Position numbers and translations under genes: made by a program | Source: Hydrogenimonas sp. | Lineage (GTDB): Bacteria; Campylobacterota; Campylobacteria; Campylobacterales; Hydrogenimonadaceae | Assembly (NCBI RefSeq): GCF_029932565.1 | Contig: NZ_JAOZPV010000003.1 | Span: forward strand, 1-63,491 | Reading direction: 5' to 3' | DNA: 63,491 nucleotides | Part shown: positions 8,257 through 19,980 of the stretch, piece by piece | Layout: the number at the start of each line of letters is the position of its first letter | Numbering within the stretch: the first letter of the stretch is position 1 | Notes under the pieces: model-generated | What the model saw: only the letters and a program-made list of their open reading frames with translations | The model's database searches: none | What the model was told of the DNA's origin: nothing

Positions 8257-9074
8257 GTGAGCATCCAGACGATGTTGATGCCTGCCAGCAGCAGTGCCAG
8301 CAGGTAGCTGATTTTGACCATATCGGCTGCACGGACTCGCGCGGTGGCATTGTCGACGAGGTTCACCAGGATGAACGTACCGATGACCAGCAGTGCCCCG
8401 AGCCAATAGTCCGCTCCTCCAAAGAGGAATACGAAACTGTAGATGAAGATATACTCCAAAAAACGTGCCATATAGAGAAACTCGAAGAAGAAACCGCTGT
8501 ACTCCACTTCCACGCCGCCGACGATCTCCTGATGCCCTTCGACCACATCGAACGGCGACTTTTTCACTTTGATGGGAAGAATGACGAGCAGCGCCAGAAA
8601 GAGCAGTGGCATCTGCGACAGATAGCCGCTGTGGTGCAGAATGTCACCGATATAGAAACTACCCGCATACAGATAAAACCCGACCGTCACAAGCAGCAAA
8701 ACCGGTTCGTAGGCCACCAGCGCAAGGAGTTCGCGGTTCGCTCCGATCTGGGAAAAAACCGAACGGACACTGTAACCGGCGATAACCAGCACGATCAGCG
8801 CAAAAAGATGCAGAAAGACAATATAGAGGAGATTCCAGCCAAAAAAGATGGCACCCACCGTAATCCATAGAACCAGAAAATGTACGACACCCAGCAATGC
8901 ATGGGCGGAATGGATGACGAGCGTGCGTTTATCCATCAACTTGAACATGTCGTAAAAAGGCTGCAGCAGCGGAGGCCCCTGACGTCGCTGCATACGGGCA
9001 CGCAACACCCTTTCCCCGCCATAGACCAGCCCGCCGAGCACCGGTGCCATCACGATCCAGAACCAGGTTGTCAT
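8253..9074 (-). CDS. echB: Ech hydrogenase membrane subunit B (NuoH-like)
   Basis: ARMQRRQGPPLLQPFYD, KSPFD..EGHQEIVGG...EYSG; multiple TM helices. Confidence 0.92.
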   Translation of the reverse strand: MTTWFWIVMAPVLGGLVYGGERVLRARMQRRQGPPLLQPFYDMFKLMDKRTLVIHSAHALLGVVHFLVLWITVGAIFFGWNLLYIVFLHLFALIVLVIAGYSVRSVFSQIGANRELLALVAYEPVLLLVTVGFYLYAGSFYIGDILHHSGYLSQMPLLFLALLVILPIKVKKSPFDVVEGHQEIVGGVEVEYSGFFFEFLYMARFLEYIFIYSFVFLFGGADYWLGALLVIGTFILVNLVDNATARVRAADMVKISYLLALLLAGINIVWMLT

Positions 9075-10837
9075 GAGAGGGCTCCTGTCAACGCGACCGA
9101 CACGAAAAGAAGTGTGAAGAACGTATAGATAGCCACCCGTATTTTCGGAGTCGGTTCGTAGTAATAGAGTGCTGCATCAAACGACTCCTTCTCGCCGCAG
9201 TGATAGCATTTCACACGATCAAAACGATCCATCCAACGATACGCCAGTGGCGCCAGAACGAGCATGGCGATGGGCACGAAAAAGAGTGTAAGATCGGCCA
9301 CTTGCTGAACGGCCGCCAGCCGGATTGTCGTGAAGACGACCAGAACGGCGAGAATGGCAAGCGGCAGGAGAAACCCGGACGGCATCGCTTCATGCCCGAG
9401 ACCGACGATGTCCGAAGGCCGCGAGAGGATGGCCGCCGTCACTTTGAAATAGAGAAGCACCAGCAGTGTGCTGCCGATCAGAATAGAGAGAAGCAGCAAG
9501 AAAAGCCCCGGATGGTCCGGCAGCATGTGAGAAACCTCTTCGATGGCAAACAGCTTGACGATAAAAAGACCAAAAGGCGGCAATGTCAGCGAGACGAATC
9601 CAAACAGAATGAAACGGGCACTTTTCGGTGCCGTTTCAATCAATCCTTTCATATCCTCGATATCTTTGAGATGGTGCAGTTTTTCGACCACACCCGCCGT
9701 CATGAAGAGCATCGCTTTGGAGAGCGCGTGAAAGAATATGAGCACCATCGTCAATATCGATGTCTCGGGCGTACCAATGGCTGCCAGCGCCATCATAAGT
9801 CCCAACAGTGCGATCGTGGAGTAGCCGAGGATCTCCTTGAAAACGGTACGCGAAAGGGCCAGATAGGATGCGGCGACAAATACGAAGCCGCCGAATGTCG
9901 AGAGCAGCAGACCCACACCCGTGCCTCCCAGAGCCGGAGAGAGTTTCAGAATGAGCCACGGGGCAATTTTCACCATTGTCGCCGAGTGGAGGATGGCACT
10001 GACGGGTGTCGGTGCCACCATGGCACCAAGCAGCCAGCCGTCAAAGGGGATCGACGCTCCTTTGACCAGCGCCGCCATACTTACCAGCGAGACACAGAGC
10101 AGAAGGGTGCCGCCGACACTCCCGGTCAATGCATCGAACCGTGTGGTGTCGTAACCGTAAATGGCGCAGAGCGTTCCGAGCAGAATGACGACACCTCCGA
10201 TCTGATTCATCCAGAGTGCCTTGAGTGCGTTCTTCTGTGCCGTTTCGTCGCCTCTGAAACCGATGAGAAGATAGGAAGCCAGTGTCGTCATCTCGAAAAG
10301 GAAGAAGAAGAGCAGCAGTGAATTGCTTACCACGACAGCGTTCATAACCGAAAGAAAGAGAAGCAGATAGGCGATGAAAAGCCGCTTCTTCTCTTCGGAG
10401 ATCTCTTCGTAGCTCATATACCGCACGGCGTAAACGACGATGATTCCGCCAACAATATTGATGATGAGAAACATGAAAGTCGACAGAGCATCGACGACGA
10501 CTTCCGCACCCCCCTCTTCGGGAAGAACCGATTCTGCCCAGCCATAGAGCAGCAGCTGTATGACCGCCAGCAGTGTGATGATCCGCCGATCGAACCGTCG
10601 CCCCTGCCACAGGAAATAGAGAAGCAGCAACAGATCCGCAATTACGATGAATAGTTCGAGCCAATGGGGAAAATGGAAGGTCAGAACAGCACTGCCGAAG
10701 TAAAGCTTCAACGCCGTCGCAGACAGCAAAACGACGGTTGTCGCAAGAAGTATATATTGCATTTTTTCGGATCTGAACCATCTCAGGAGCAGTGTCGCAA
10801 CAATCGGTAACAGAATAAGTAACATAGCACCTGGCAT
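9071..10837 (-). CDS. echA: Ech hydrogenase antiporter-like membrane subunit A (NuoL-like)
   Basis: WLLGAMVAPTPVSAILHSATMVK, ILGYSTI, FHALSKAMLFM; many TM helices; AAGGAG RBS favours start 10837 (ORF track gives 10852). Confidence 0.92.
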   Translation of the reverse strand: MPGAMLLILLPIVATLLLRWFRSEKMQYILLATTVVLLSATALKLYFGSAVLTFHFPHWLELFIVIADLLLLLYFLWQGRRFDRRIITLLAVIQLLLYGWAESVLPEEGGAEVVVDALSTFMFLIINIVGGIIVVYAVRYMSYEEISEEKKRLFIAYLLLFLSVMNAVVVSNSLLLFFFLFEMTTLASYLLIGFRGDETAQKNALKALWMNQIGGVVILLGTLCAIYGYDTTRFDALTGSVGGTLLLCVSLVSMAALVKGASIPFDGWLLGAMVAPTPVSAILHSATMVKIAPWLILKLSPALGGTGVGLLLSTFGGFVFVAASYLALSRTVFKEILGYSTIALLGLMMALAAIGTPETSILTMVLIFFHALSKAMLFMTAGVVEKLHHLKDIEDMKGLIETAPKSARFILFGFVSLTLPPFGLFIVKLFAIEEVSHMLPDHPGLFLLLLSILIGSTLLVLLYFKVTAAILSRPSDIVGLGHEAMPSGFLLPLAILAVLVVFTTIRLAAVQQVADLTLFFVPIAMLVLAPLAYRWMDRFDRVKCYHCGEKESFDAALYYYEPTPKIRVAIYTFFTLLFVSVALTGALS

Positions 10838-10937
10838 GACAACTCCTTGCATGCGCCCATCTGAGAATCATCTTAATGATCCAGCAGCCAGGGCCGCTCC
10901 AAAACTGCAACGGTATTCAGAGTAGCCTGATGTATTT

Positions 10938-10946
10938 AGTGTAACA
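10938..10946 (-). promoter_or_regulatory. Candidate extended -10 element for the ech operon
   Basis: Minus strand TGtTACACT downstream of a very AT-rich stretch (10950-11060). Confidence 0.35.
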
Positions 10947-11066
10947 CAATATTCTTATAGACGTTTGATTAGATGCGGAGTTTTGTATATATTTGGTTAA
11001 TTATGATCATATTTTATTCATCGTATAATGTTATATTATTACAAATTTCATATCCGAATTGAAGTT

Positions 11067-13153
<2,087 letters not shown>

Positions 13154-15070
13154 CTATACCAGTTTGAGATAGCTCACACCCAACGGGGGCAGCTGGAGAG
13201 TGAGCGAATGTTTGCGTCCGTGACATTCGATATCTTCCGTCTCTATCGGTTCCGGATTGGTGATATCCCACCCCTCGTAATGTTTGTACTGGGAATTGAA
13301 GATCTCTTTCCATCGACCCGGTATCGGCATACCGACCCGGTAGTTGTGATAGACGGTATCGGCAAAGTTGCAGACTACGAGAATCGTCTCCTCTTCCCTG
13401 TCGCTTTTTCGAAGAAACGCGAGCACATTGTGCTGATAGTCGGTATCGTCGATCCACTCGAAACCGGCATGCTTCTCGTCGTAGAGATGAAGCGCCCGTT
13501 CGGTTTTGTAGAGTGCATTGAGATCGCTCACCAATCGCTGGATACCGCGGTGGCACGGATTTTCCAGGAGGTGCCAGTCGAGACTCTGCTCGTAGTTCCA
13601 TTCGGACCACTGTGCGAACTCCCCTCCCATGAAAAGGAGTTTTTTGCCGGGATGCGCCGTCATATAGGCGAAGAGTGCACGCAGGTTGGCATATTTCTGG
13701 TTGTCGTCTCCCGGCATCTTGCGAATGAGAGAACCCTTCATATGCACCACTTCGTCGTGGCTCAGCGGCAGAACGAAGTTTTCGTCGAAAGCGTACCACA
13801 TGCTGAAGGTGATCTGGTGGTGGTGGTGCTGGCGGTAGATGGGATCGAGCTTGAAATATTTGAGTGTATCGTGCATCCATCCCATATTCCATTTGAATCC
13901 AAAACCGAGCCCACCGACATAGACCGGTCTTGTCACCATCGGGTAGGCCGTCGACTCTTCCGCCACCATGACGATGTCCTCATACTCTCCGTAGACCGTT
14001 TCGTTGAGCTGTTTCAAAAACGCAATGGCATCGAGATTTTCATTGCCCCCGAACTCGTTGGGAATCCATTCACCCTCTTCTCTCGCATAGTCGAGATAGA
14101 GCATCGACGCCACCGCGTCAACACGGATACCGTCGATATGGTATTTTTCAAGCCAGTACATCGCACTCGAAATCAGAAAAGCACGTACTTCGTTCCGTCC
14201 ATAGTTGAATATGGCACTCTTCCATTCCGGATGGTACCCGAGACGCGGGTCGACATGCTCGTAGAGACAGGTACCGTCGAAATTGATAAGGCCATGACCA
14301 TCGGTGACAAAATGCGATGGAACCCAGTCCATGATGACGCCGATATCGTGCTGATGCAGAATATCGACGAACTGCATGAATTCCTGCGGCGTGCCATACC
14401 GTGCCGTCGGGGCGAAATAGCCGGTTACCTGGTATCCCCATGAGCCTTCGAAAGGGTGTTCGGTAATCGGCATGATTTCGACATGGGTGTAGTTCATATC
14501 GGTGAGATAACGGGCGAGTTCGTGCGCCGATTCGATATAGGTCAGCGATCGGTTCCCCTCTTCCACAATTTTTCGCCACGACCCCAGATGAACCTCGTAA
14601 ACGGAGATGGGTTTGTCGTGGGCATTGCGTTCTTTCCGCATCGCCATCCAGGCATCGTCGTTCCATTCGTAATCGTCGATCTCCCAGACGCGTGAAGCGG
14701 AATGCGGTGGTTTTTCGGCATATTTGGCATACGGATCCGCTTTTTCGAATGTGCGTCCATCCATTTTCGAGACGATATGATATTTGTAGGTCTGCCCTAC
14801 ATCCACATCTTCGATAAACCCTTCCCAGATACCCGATTCGTCTTCACGAAGTTTCAAGGGATGCGCCGCAGCATCGTAGCCGTTGAAATCACCGATGACA
14901 CTCACCATCGCGGCATTGGGCGCCCAGACAGCGAAATAGACTCCGTCCATCTTATCTCTTTGCATCCTGTGGGAGCCGAGTTTGTCGTAGAGCTTGACAT
15001 GTGTTCCCTCTTTGAAAAGATAGATATCCATATCACTGAATCGGGTGACGTCATAGTGTATTGCGTTCAT
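13154..15070 (-). CDS. glgB: 1,4-alpha-glucan branching enzyme (GH13)
   Basis: FAVWAPNA, YEVHLGSW, SWGYQ, DWVPSHF, RVDAVASM, AEEST, LSHDEVVH. Confidence 0.97.
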   Translation of the reverse strand: MNAIHYDVTRFSDMDIYLFKEGTHVKLYDKLGSHRMQRDKMDGVYFAVWAPNAAMVSVIGDFNGYDAAAHPLKLREDESGIWEGFIEDVDVGQTYKYHIVSKMDGRTFEKADPYAKYAEKPPHSASRVWEIDDYEWNDDAWMAMRKERNAHDKPISVYEVHLGSWRKIVEEGNRSLTYIESAHELARYLTDMNYTHVEIMPITEHPFEGSWGYQVTGYFAPTARYGTPQEFMQFVDILHQHDIGVIMDWVPSHFVTDGHGLINFDGTCLYEHVDPRLGYHPEWKSAIFNYGRNEVRAFLISSAMYWLEKYHIDGIRVDAVASMLYLDYAREEGEWIPNEFGGNENLDAIAFLKQLNETVYGEYEDIVMVAEESTAYPMVTRPVYVGGLGFGFKWNMGWMHDTLKYFKLDPIYRQHHHHQITFSMWYAFDENFVLPLSHDEVVHMKGSLIRKMPGDDNQKYANLRALFAYMTAHPGKKLLFMGGEFAQWSEWNYEQSLDWHLLENPCHRGIQRLVSDLNALYKTERALHLYDEKHAGFEWIDDTDYQHNVLAFLRKSDREEETILVVCNFADTVYHNYRVGMPIPGRWKEIFNSQYKHYEGWDITNPEPIETEDIECHGRKHSLTLQLPPLGVSYLKLV

Positions 15071-15077
15071 AATAGCC

Positions 15078-16565
15078 TCACTTGTAATTTTTCACGCGTC
15101 TGCTGTAGAGCGTGTGGTAATAGAGATCCTCATATTTTTCCGCCGCACTTTCCCAGTCGAATCTTGCCTGCATCGCCGTTCTCTGCATAATCGCGAAGGC
15201 ATCTTTTTCGTAGCGGTAGGTGTCTGCCGCCCATTTGACTGTATGATAGAGTGCGTCGTTGGTCGCCCATTCGAATTTGAAGCCGTTGCCCGTTTTCGTG
15301 GCAGGATCGTAGTTTTGAATCGTATCGTCCAGACCGCCGGTCGCCCGGACGATCGGCAATGTGCCGTAACGCAGCGAATAGATCTGATTCAGCCCGCAGG
15401 GTTCGAACAGCGAAGGCATCAAAAAGAGATCGCTGCCCGCTTCGATGACATGGGCAAGCTCGTTGGAGTAGCCGATGTAGCAGGCGAAACGGTCGGGATA
15501 CTTTCCTGCGATATCGCTGAAGAACCCTTCGGCCCATTTTTCTCCCGTTCCGAGCATGACGATCTGAACATTCAGATGCAAGAGCCCCTCGATCGCGCCG
15601 GCGATCAAACCGATCCCTTTCTGTTCCGCAAAACGTCCGACGAAGCCGATAAGGGGTACATCGTCCCACACCGGCAGGTTGAATCGATCCTGCATGTCCG
15701 CTTTACAGACCGCTTTGCCGCTCATATCGTCCAGATCGTACCGTCTGGCTATAAAGGGATCGATGGCAGGACTCCACTCGTCATAATCGACACCGTTGAG
15801 AATGCCGTAGAGTTTGTAACTGTGCGCTCCGATATGCCCTTCGAGTCCGAAGCCGAATTCCGGAGTCTGGATTTCATGCGCATATTTGCGGCTCACCGTC
15901 GTCACGGCATCGGCATGTGCGATACCCCCCTTCAGAATATTCACCCCGTCCATCGATTCGAGTTCATGGGGATTGAAATGTTCCCAACCGGCTTCCATCA
16001 CATCCATGACACCTTTGAAAAAGATCCCCTGATGCTGAAGATTGTGAATGGTCAATACCGATGCGCTCTCTTTGAAAAAGTCGTCGAACGCATAGCGTGA
16101 GTTTTTCAGAACCGGCTGCGCCGCCGTATGCCAGTCGTGGGCATGGATGATATCGGGTTTGAATCCGATTTTTTTGCATAGTTGGAATGCCGCTTTGCTC
16201 AGGAAAACGAACCGGTTGTCGTTGTCGGAATAGCTGAAACCCTGTTCATCGGCATAGAGACCCGATCTGCCATAAAACTGCTCATAGTCGATGAAATAGA
16301 TCGGAACGTCACTGTTTGGCAGCGTATCCTTGTAGACACCGGCCCAGAGTTCCCCCATCGCACCCATCGGCACACCGAGCGGCCCGACGATATGTTCGAG
16401 TTTGTCTTTGTCGATACTGTAATAGCGTGGCATTACGACAATGACGTTGTGTCCAAGTGATGCCAGCGCTTTGGGAAGAGCACCGGCCACATCTGCCAAT
16501 CCGCCGGTTTTTGCAAACGGTACAACTTCCGATGCGGTAAAAAGAATATTCAGCGCTTTATTCAT
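15078..16565 (-). CDS. glgA: Glycogen synthase (copy 1)
   Basis: KTGGLADV, HAHDWHT, TIHNL.HQG, GILNGVD, MPSLFEPCGLNQ, TGGL.DT; AAGGAG RBS before MNKAL. Confidence 0.95.
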   Translation of the reverse strand: MNKALNILFTASEVVPFAKTGGLADVAGALPKALASLGHNVIVVMPRYYSIDKDKLEHIVGPLGVPMGAMGELWAGVYKDTLPNSDVPIYFIDYEQFYGRSGLYADEQGFSYSDNDNRFVFLSKAAFQLCKKIGFKPDIIHAHDWHTAAQPVLKNSRYAFDDFFKESASVLTIHNLQHQGIFFKGVMDVMEAGWEHFNPHELESMDGVNILKGGIAHADAVTTVSRKYAHEIQTPEFGFGLEGHIGAHSYKLYGILNGVDYDEWSPAIDPFIARRYDLDDMSGKAVCKADMQDRFNLPVWDDVPLIGFVGRFAEQKGIGLIAGAIEGLLHLNVQIVMLGTGEKWAEGFFSDIAGKYPDRFACYIGYSNELAHVIEAGSDLFLMPSLFEPCGLNQIYSLRYGTLPIVRATGGLDDTIQNYDPATKTGNGFKFEWATNDALYHTVKWAADTYRYEKDAFAIMQRTAMQARFDWESAAEKYEDLYYHTLYSRRVKNYK

Positions 16566-16580
16566 ATCATCTCCTTGCAT

Positions 16581-16657
16581 TGAAGGGTAAATGGTGAACA
16601 GTCAACGGTGACGATCCGTTCCTCTTTTCGTGCACCGTCTGCCCTTCACCGTTCATC
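16581..16657. repeat. Two inverted arrays of degenerate 7-bp units between glucokinase and glgA
   Basis: tgaaggg taaatgg tgaacag tcaacgg, then complementary units ccgtctg cccttca ccgttca. Confidence 0.55.
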
Positions 16658-16663
16658 TCTTGG

Positions 16664-17500
16664 TTACATTGTATCCAACAACAGCTTCGCCCCTTCCAAA
16701 GAGGCGTTTTCGATATGGCTTGCCTCCAGTCGGAGATCCTCCATCGCAGCATGCAGTGCAAAATCGCCAAGTCTGGCGTTCAGAGACTCCAACACGAACG
16801 GATTGTGCCGGATCACTCCGCCTCCCAGCACGACGATTTTCGGGTTGCAGAGTGTCACGAGTGTCGCGGCGGCATACAGCAGGGCATCGATATATTTCTC
16901 GGCAATCGAACGGCAACTTTCACTGCCGGAACGAAAGAGCCTGTCGAGATCGACAGGCTCTTTGCAATCCAGATGGGCCATCCATTTTTCGATACCGCTG
17001 CCGGATGCATAGAGTTCGATGCAGTTGTGTTTTCCGCAGCCGCAGGCGAAGGGCGCTTCCCGATAGGGGATGTGTCCGATCTCCCCGGCAAGGCCTCTCG
17101 ACCCATAAACGATCTCTCCTTTTTCAATGATGCCGCTGCCAAGCCCTGTGCCCGAATAGAGAGCCACCAGATTCTCCTCTCCCCAGTAAACCGATTCGGC
17201 CAACGCGGCACAGTTGAGATCGTTCTCTATCCGGACACGAATGCCATATTTCGATTCGAAATGGGCCTGGATGTCAACTATTTCGGTCTCGATGTTGGGG
17301 GCCGAAAGTATTGTGCCATCGTGCACCTGTCCTGCAAACGAAATCGCGACGGCGTCGATATCGGAATATTTTTCGATCATCGTCCCGATGAAGTGCGCTA
17401 GCTCTGAGTCCCGACTCGACATATTGCCGCACACTTCAGTTTCTCCAATGAGCTCATATCGCAAGTGTGTACCTCCGATATCGATCGCAAGCCGGCTCAA
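16664..17500 (-). CDS. ROK-family glucokinase
   Basis: AIDIGGT, ENDLNCAAL, GTGLGSG, GEIGH, CGCGKHNCIE Zn motif; probable TTG start at 17500 overlapping the glgA2 stop (start uncertain). Confidence 0.88.
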   Translation of the reverse strand: MSRLAIDIGGTHLRYELIGETEVCGNMSSRDSELAHFIGTMIEKYSDIDAVAISFAGQVHDGTILSAPNIETEIVDIQAHFESKYGIRVRIENDLNCAALAESVYWGEENLVALYSGTGLGSGIIEKGEIVYGSRGLAGEIGHIPYREAPFACGCGKHNCIELYASGSGIEKWMAHLDCKEPVDLDRLFRSGSESCRSIAEKYIDALLYAAATLVTLCNPKIVVLGGGVIRHNPFVLESLNARLGDFALHAAMEDLRLEASHIENASLEGAKLLLDTM

Positions 17501-18906
17501 AAAAGAGTCCTGTAGAGTGATTCGTAACGTTGCGCGCATCGCCTTATGGAAAAGTCGCAATCCATATCAAACTTCCTGATTCTGCGGAATGTCCGCCTCG
17601 TGTCGTAAAGTTCTATCGCCTCTTCGATGGCGCGAACCAACCCCGAAGCACCGGGCTCGGAAAAAGAGACTCCTTTGCCGCACAGGGGCTCTTTCCCGTT
17701 CCAGGGATGGACGGTGTCGCGCAATCCTCCGATGCGGTGCACAACAGGGATGGTTCCGTAACGCATCGCGATCATCTGATTGAGTCCGCACGGTTCGAAC
17801 CGCGAGGGCATCAACAGAAAATCGGCAGCCGCATACATGCGATGGGAGAGCGATTCGTCATAACCAATCTGCACATGGATATTGGAATACTGTTGTGAAA
17901 GCGCATCGAACAGCATCTCGTAACGTCTCTCTCCTCCGCCCAGTATCGAAAGAACCATCGGGAACTTCCCAATCACATTGGCTGCATCAATGATCCAGTC
18001 CAGACCTTTCTGCTCGACAAAACGTCCGATGAAAATAAAAAGAGGAAGCTCCGGCGTGTCGATATCGATTTCCTCGAGATAGGCCTTTTTGCACCGGCTC
18101 TTGTTGGCCATACGTCCGGCACTGAAATGGTAGGGCAGCGACGGATCGCCCGATGGGTCATACAGAGTCGTATCGATACCGTTGAGAATACCGGAGAGTT
18201 TTTCGTGATGCAACCGCAAAAATCCGTCGAGTCCACAGCCGAACTCCGGCAGCTGTATCTCGACCGCATAGCTCGGACTCACCGTCGTCACGGCGTCACT
18301 GTGGGCGATGCCGCCTTTCAACCAGTTGAGCGAACCATAGAACTCCATATCCTCTAGCGTGAAATGGTGTGGCGACAGACCCGTACGACTGATGGAGAGG
18401 GGCGGAAAGATACCCTGATAGGCGAGATTGTGGATCGTAAACACGATCCGGGTTTTCAGTCCGGCATCTTTTACGAGGGGCGCCGCGAGCGCCGTATGCC
18501 AGTCGTTGAGATGAAGCAGTTCGATCGAAAGGCGTTTGGAGAGCTCTACAATGGCATGAGAGAAAATAGCGAAACGGATATCGTTGTTCTCGTAACAACC
18601 TCCCGGTGGGCCATATATCCCTTCACAGTCGCAGAGTGTCTCGTTGTAGACGAAAAGATGTTCCACTCCCTCATAATGCGTTGAAAAAATCTCGACCGTA
18701 TGGAGCGTCTCGCCAACGATCAGCGTCATCTCCATGCCGGTCGGTTCTATTTGGTATCTCTTTTTGTCGATGAAACGATAAAGCGGCATCAACGATACGA
18801 CATCCAGGTGTTCCGAAAGCGCTTTGGGAAGAGCGTGTGCGATATCCGCCAATCCTCCTGTTTTGGCGAAGGGAAATATTTCGGCCGCAGTGAAAAGCAC
18901 TCTCAT
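17497..18906 (-). CDS. glgA: Glycogen synthase (copy 2)
   Basis: KTGGLAD, HLNDWHT, TIHNLAYQG, GILNGID, MPSRFEPCGLNQ. Confidence 0.92.
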   Translation of the reverse strand: MRVLFTAAEIFPFAKTGGLADIAHALPKALSEHLDVVSLMPLYRFIDKKRYQIEPTGMEMTLIVGETLHTVEIFSTHYEGVEHLFVYNETLCDCEGIYGPPGGCYENNDIRFAIFSHAIVELSKRLSIELLHLNDWHTALAAPLVKDAGLKTRIVFTIHNLAYQGIFPPLSISRTGLSPHHFTLEDMEFYGSLNWLKGGIAHSDAVTTVSPSYAVEIQLPEFGCGLDGFLRLHHEKLSGILNGIDTTLYDPSGDPSLPYHFSAGRMANKSRCKKAYLEEIDIDTPELPLFIFIGRFVEQKGLDWIIDAANVIGKFPMVLSILGGGERRYEMLFDALSQQYSNIHVQIGYDESLSHRMYAAADFLLMPSRFEPCGLNQMIAMRYGTIPVVHRIGGLRDTVHPWNGKEPLCGKGVSFSEPGASGLVRAIEEAIELYDTRRTFRRIRKFDMDCDFSIRRCAQRYESLYRTLF

Positions 18907-19934
18907 CGTTTTCCTTCGACGACACTTCTCAAAAGGTCAGCCGCCTCTTCGGGCGAAACGGGGTTGATATGGACGCCGCTGCCAAATTCGAATCCACCGA
19001 GCCGAAAAAGACGCGGCACGATTCGAAGTCCGAAGCGCCACATCTGAGGCAGTGCATCGAAAAAGGATTCCGTCGTGACATTCTTTTGCACCGGAGGAGT
19101 ATTGAATGTGATATTGAAATCGAAGTCGCCCAACTGTTGATAGAGCGCGTCGATCGTCTGCTTGAGAACATTCGCGAGATCCTGCAGCTTGATATCGTTC
19201 AAATCGGTCAACGATGCGGCACTTTCACGGCTGATAACCATCACTTCGAATGCAAATGTCGATGCAAAGGGGCAGATAGTCATAAAATGTTCGCTCTTTA
19301 TAATGATCCGATCGCCATCATGCTCCTCCTCGGAGAGGACACTTTCGAAAATGTTGTGACGGCGCTCGAGGAAATAGCGGTGGGCCCGCAAGAGCTGATC
19401 CATCTTTCGTTTCGGCACAATCGGAAGCGCAATCAGCTGCGTATGGGGATGAGACTGGGTTGCGGCACCATAATGGCCGTGATTTTTGAAAAGCGAGAAA
19501 TAGACGAGCCTGAAATCGTTTTTCAAGTCGTTAATGCGGGATCGCAACGTATAGAGCCAGTTGAAATATTCCTCATGTGTCCAGGCATCCATGCGTGTCA
19601 GATGGCGGGGTGTATCGACAATCACTTCATGGGCACCCAGACCTTCCCATGCCTGATAGATTCCCACCTCTTTGCTCTCCCACGCCGCTTCGATCTGTAC
19701 CGCTTTGTAGAGGTTGGGGACGACACGGGTTTTCCATCCCGGCGTATCGGGTTCATTTTCACGGATGGCATAGATTTCGTGCGGCGTCATCGATTCGTGA
19801 CCTTCACAGAAGGGACACGATCTTGTATCGTTCTCTTCTCCGCTCACATATTTGTAGCAGTCGGGCCGGTGCAGGCGTTCGGGTGCGATCAAAGCATACT
19901 CATCGTGTATCAGGTCATAACGGATTTCGGACAT
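18903..19934 (-). CDS. galT: GalT-like (HIT superfamily) nucleotidyltransferase
   Basis: CPFC Zn motif, RVVPNLY, G.HEVI, FKNHG, SHPHTQ catalytic HxHxQ, GGFE.GSG..INP..PE. Confidence 0.85.
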   Translation of the reverse strand: MSEIRYDLIHDEYALIAPERLHRPDCYKYVSGEENDTRSCPFCEGHESMTPHEIYAIRENEPDTPGWKTRVVPNLYKAVQIEAAWESKEVGIYQAWEGLGAHEVIVDTPRHLTRMDAWTHEEYFNWLYTLRSRINDLKNDFRLVYFSLFKNHGHYGAATQSHPHTQLIALPIVPKRKMDQLLRAHRYFLERRHNIFESVLSEEEHDGDRIIIKSEHFMTICPFASTFAFEVMVISRESAASLTDLNDIKLQDLANVLKQTIDALYQQLGDFDFNITFNTPPVQKNVTTESFFDALPQMWRFGLRIVPRLFRLGGFEFGSGVHINPVSPEEAADLLRSVVEGKR

Positions 19935-19980
19935 CCAGCGCTCCTACTCTTTTCGTGTTGCACACTTTTTCCTCCATCGA

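Noticed and set aside
10858-10915. Loose resemblance to a NiCo riboswitch (CUGAG...GCAGCC.GGGCCG...GCAAC)
   Set aside because: The resemblance is on the plus strand, opposite to ech transcription, and I could not build the four-way junction.
10950-11060. NikR or Fur operator upstream of ech
   Set aside because: AT-rich, but I found no convincingly spaced palindrome by eye.
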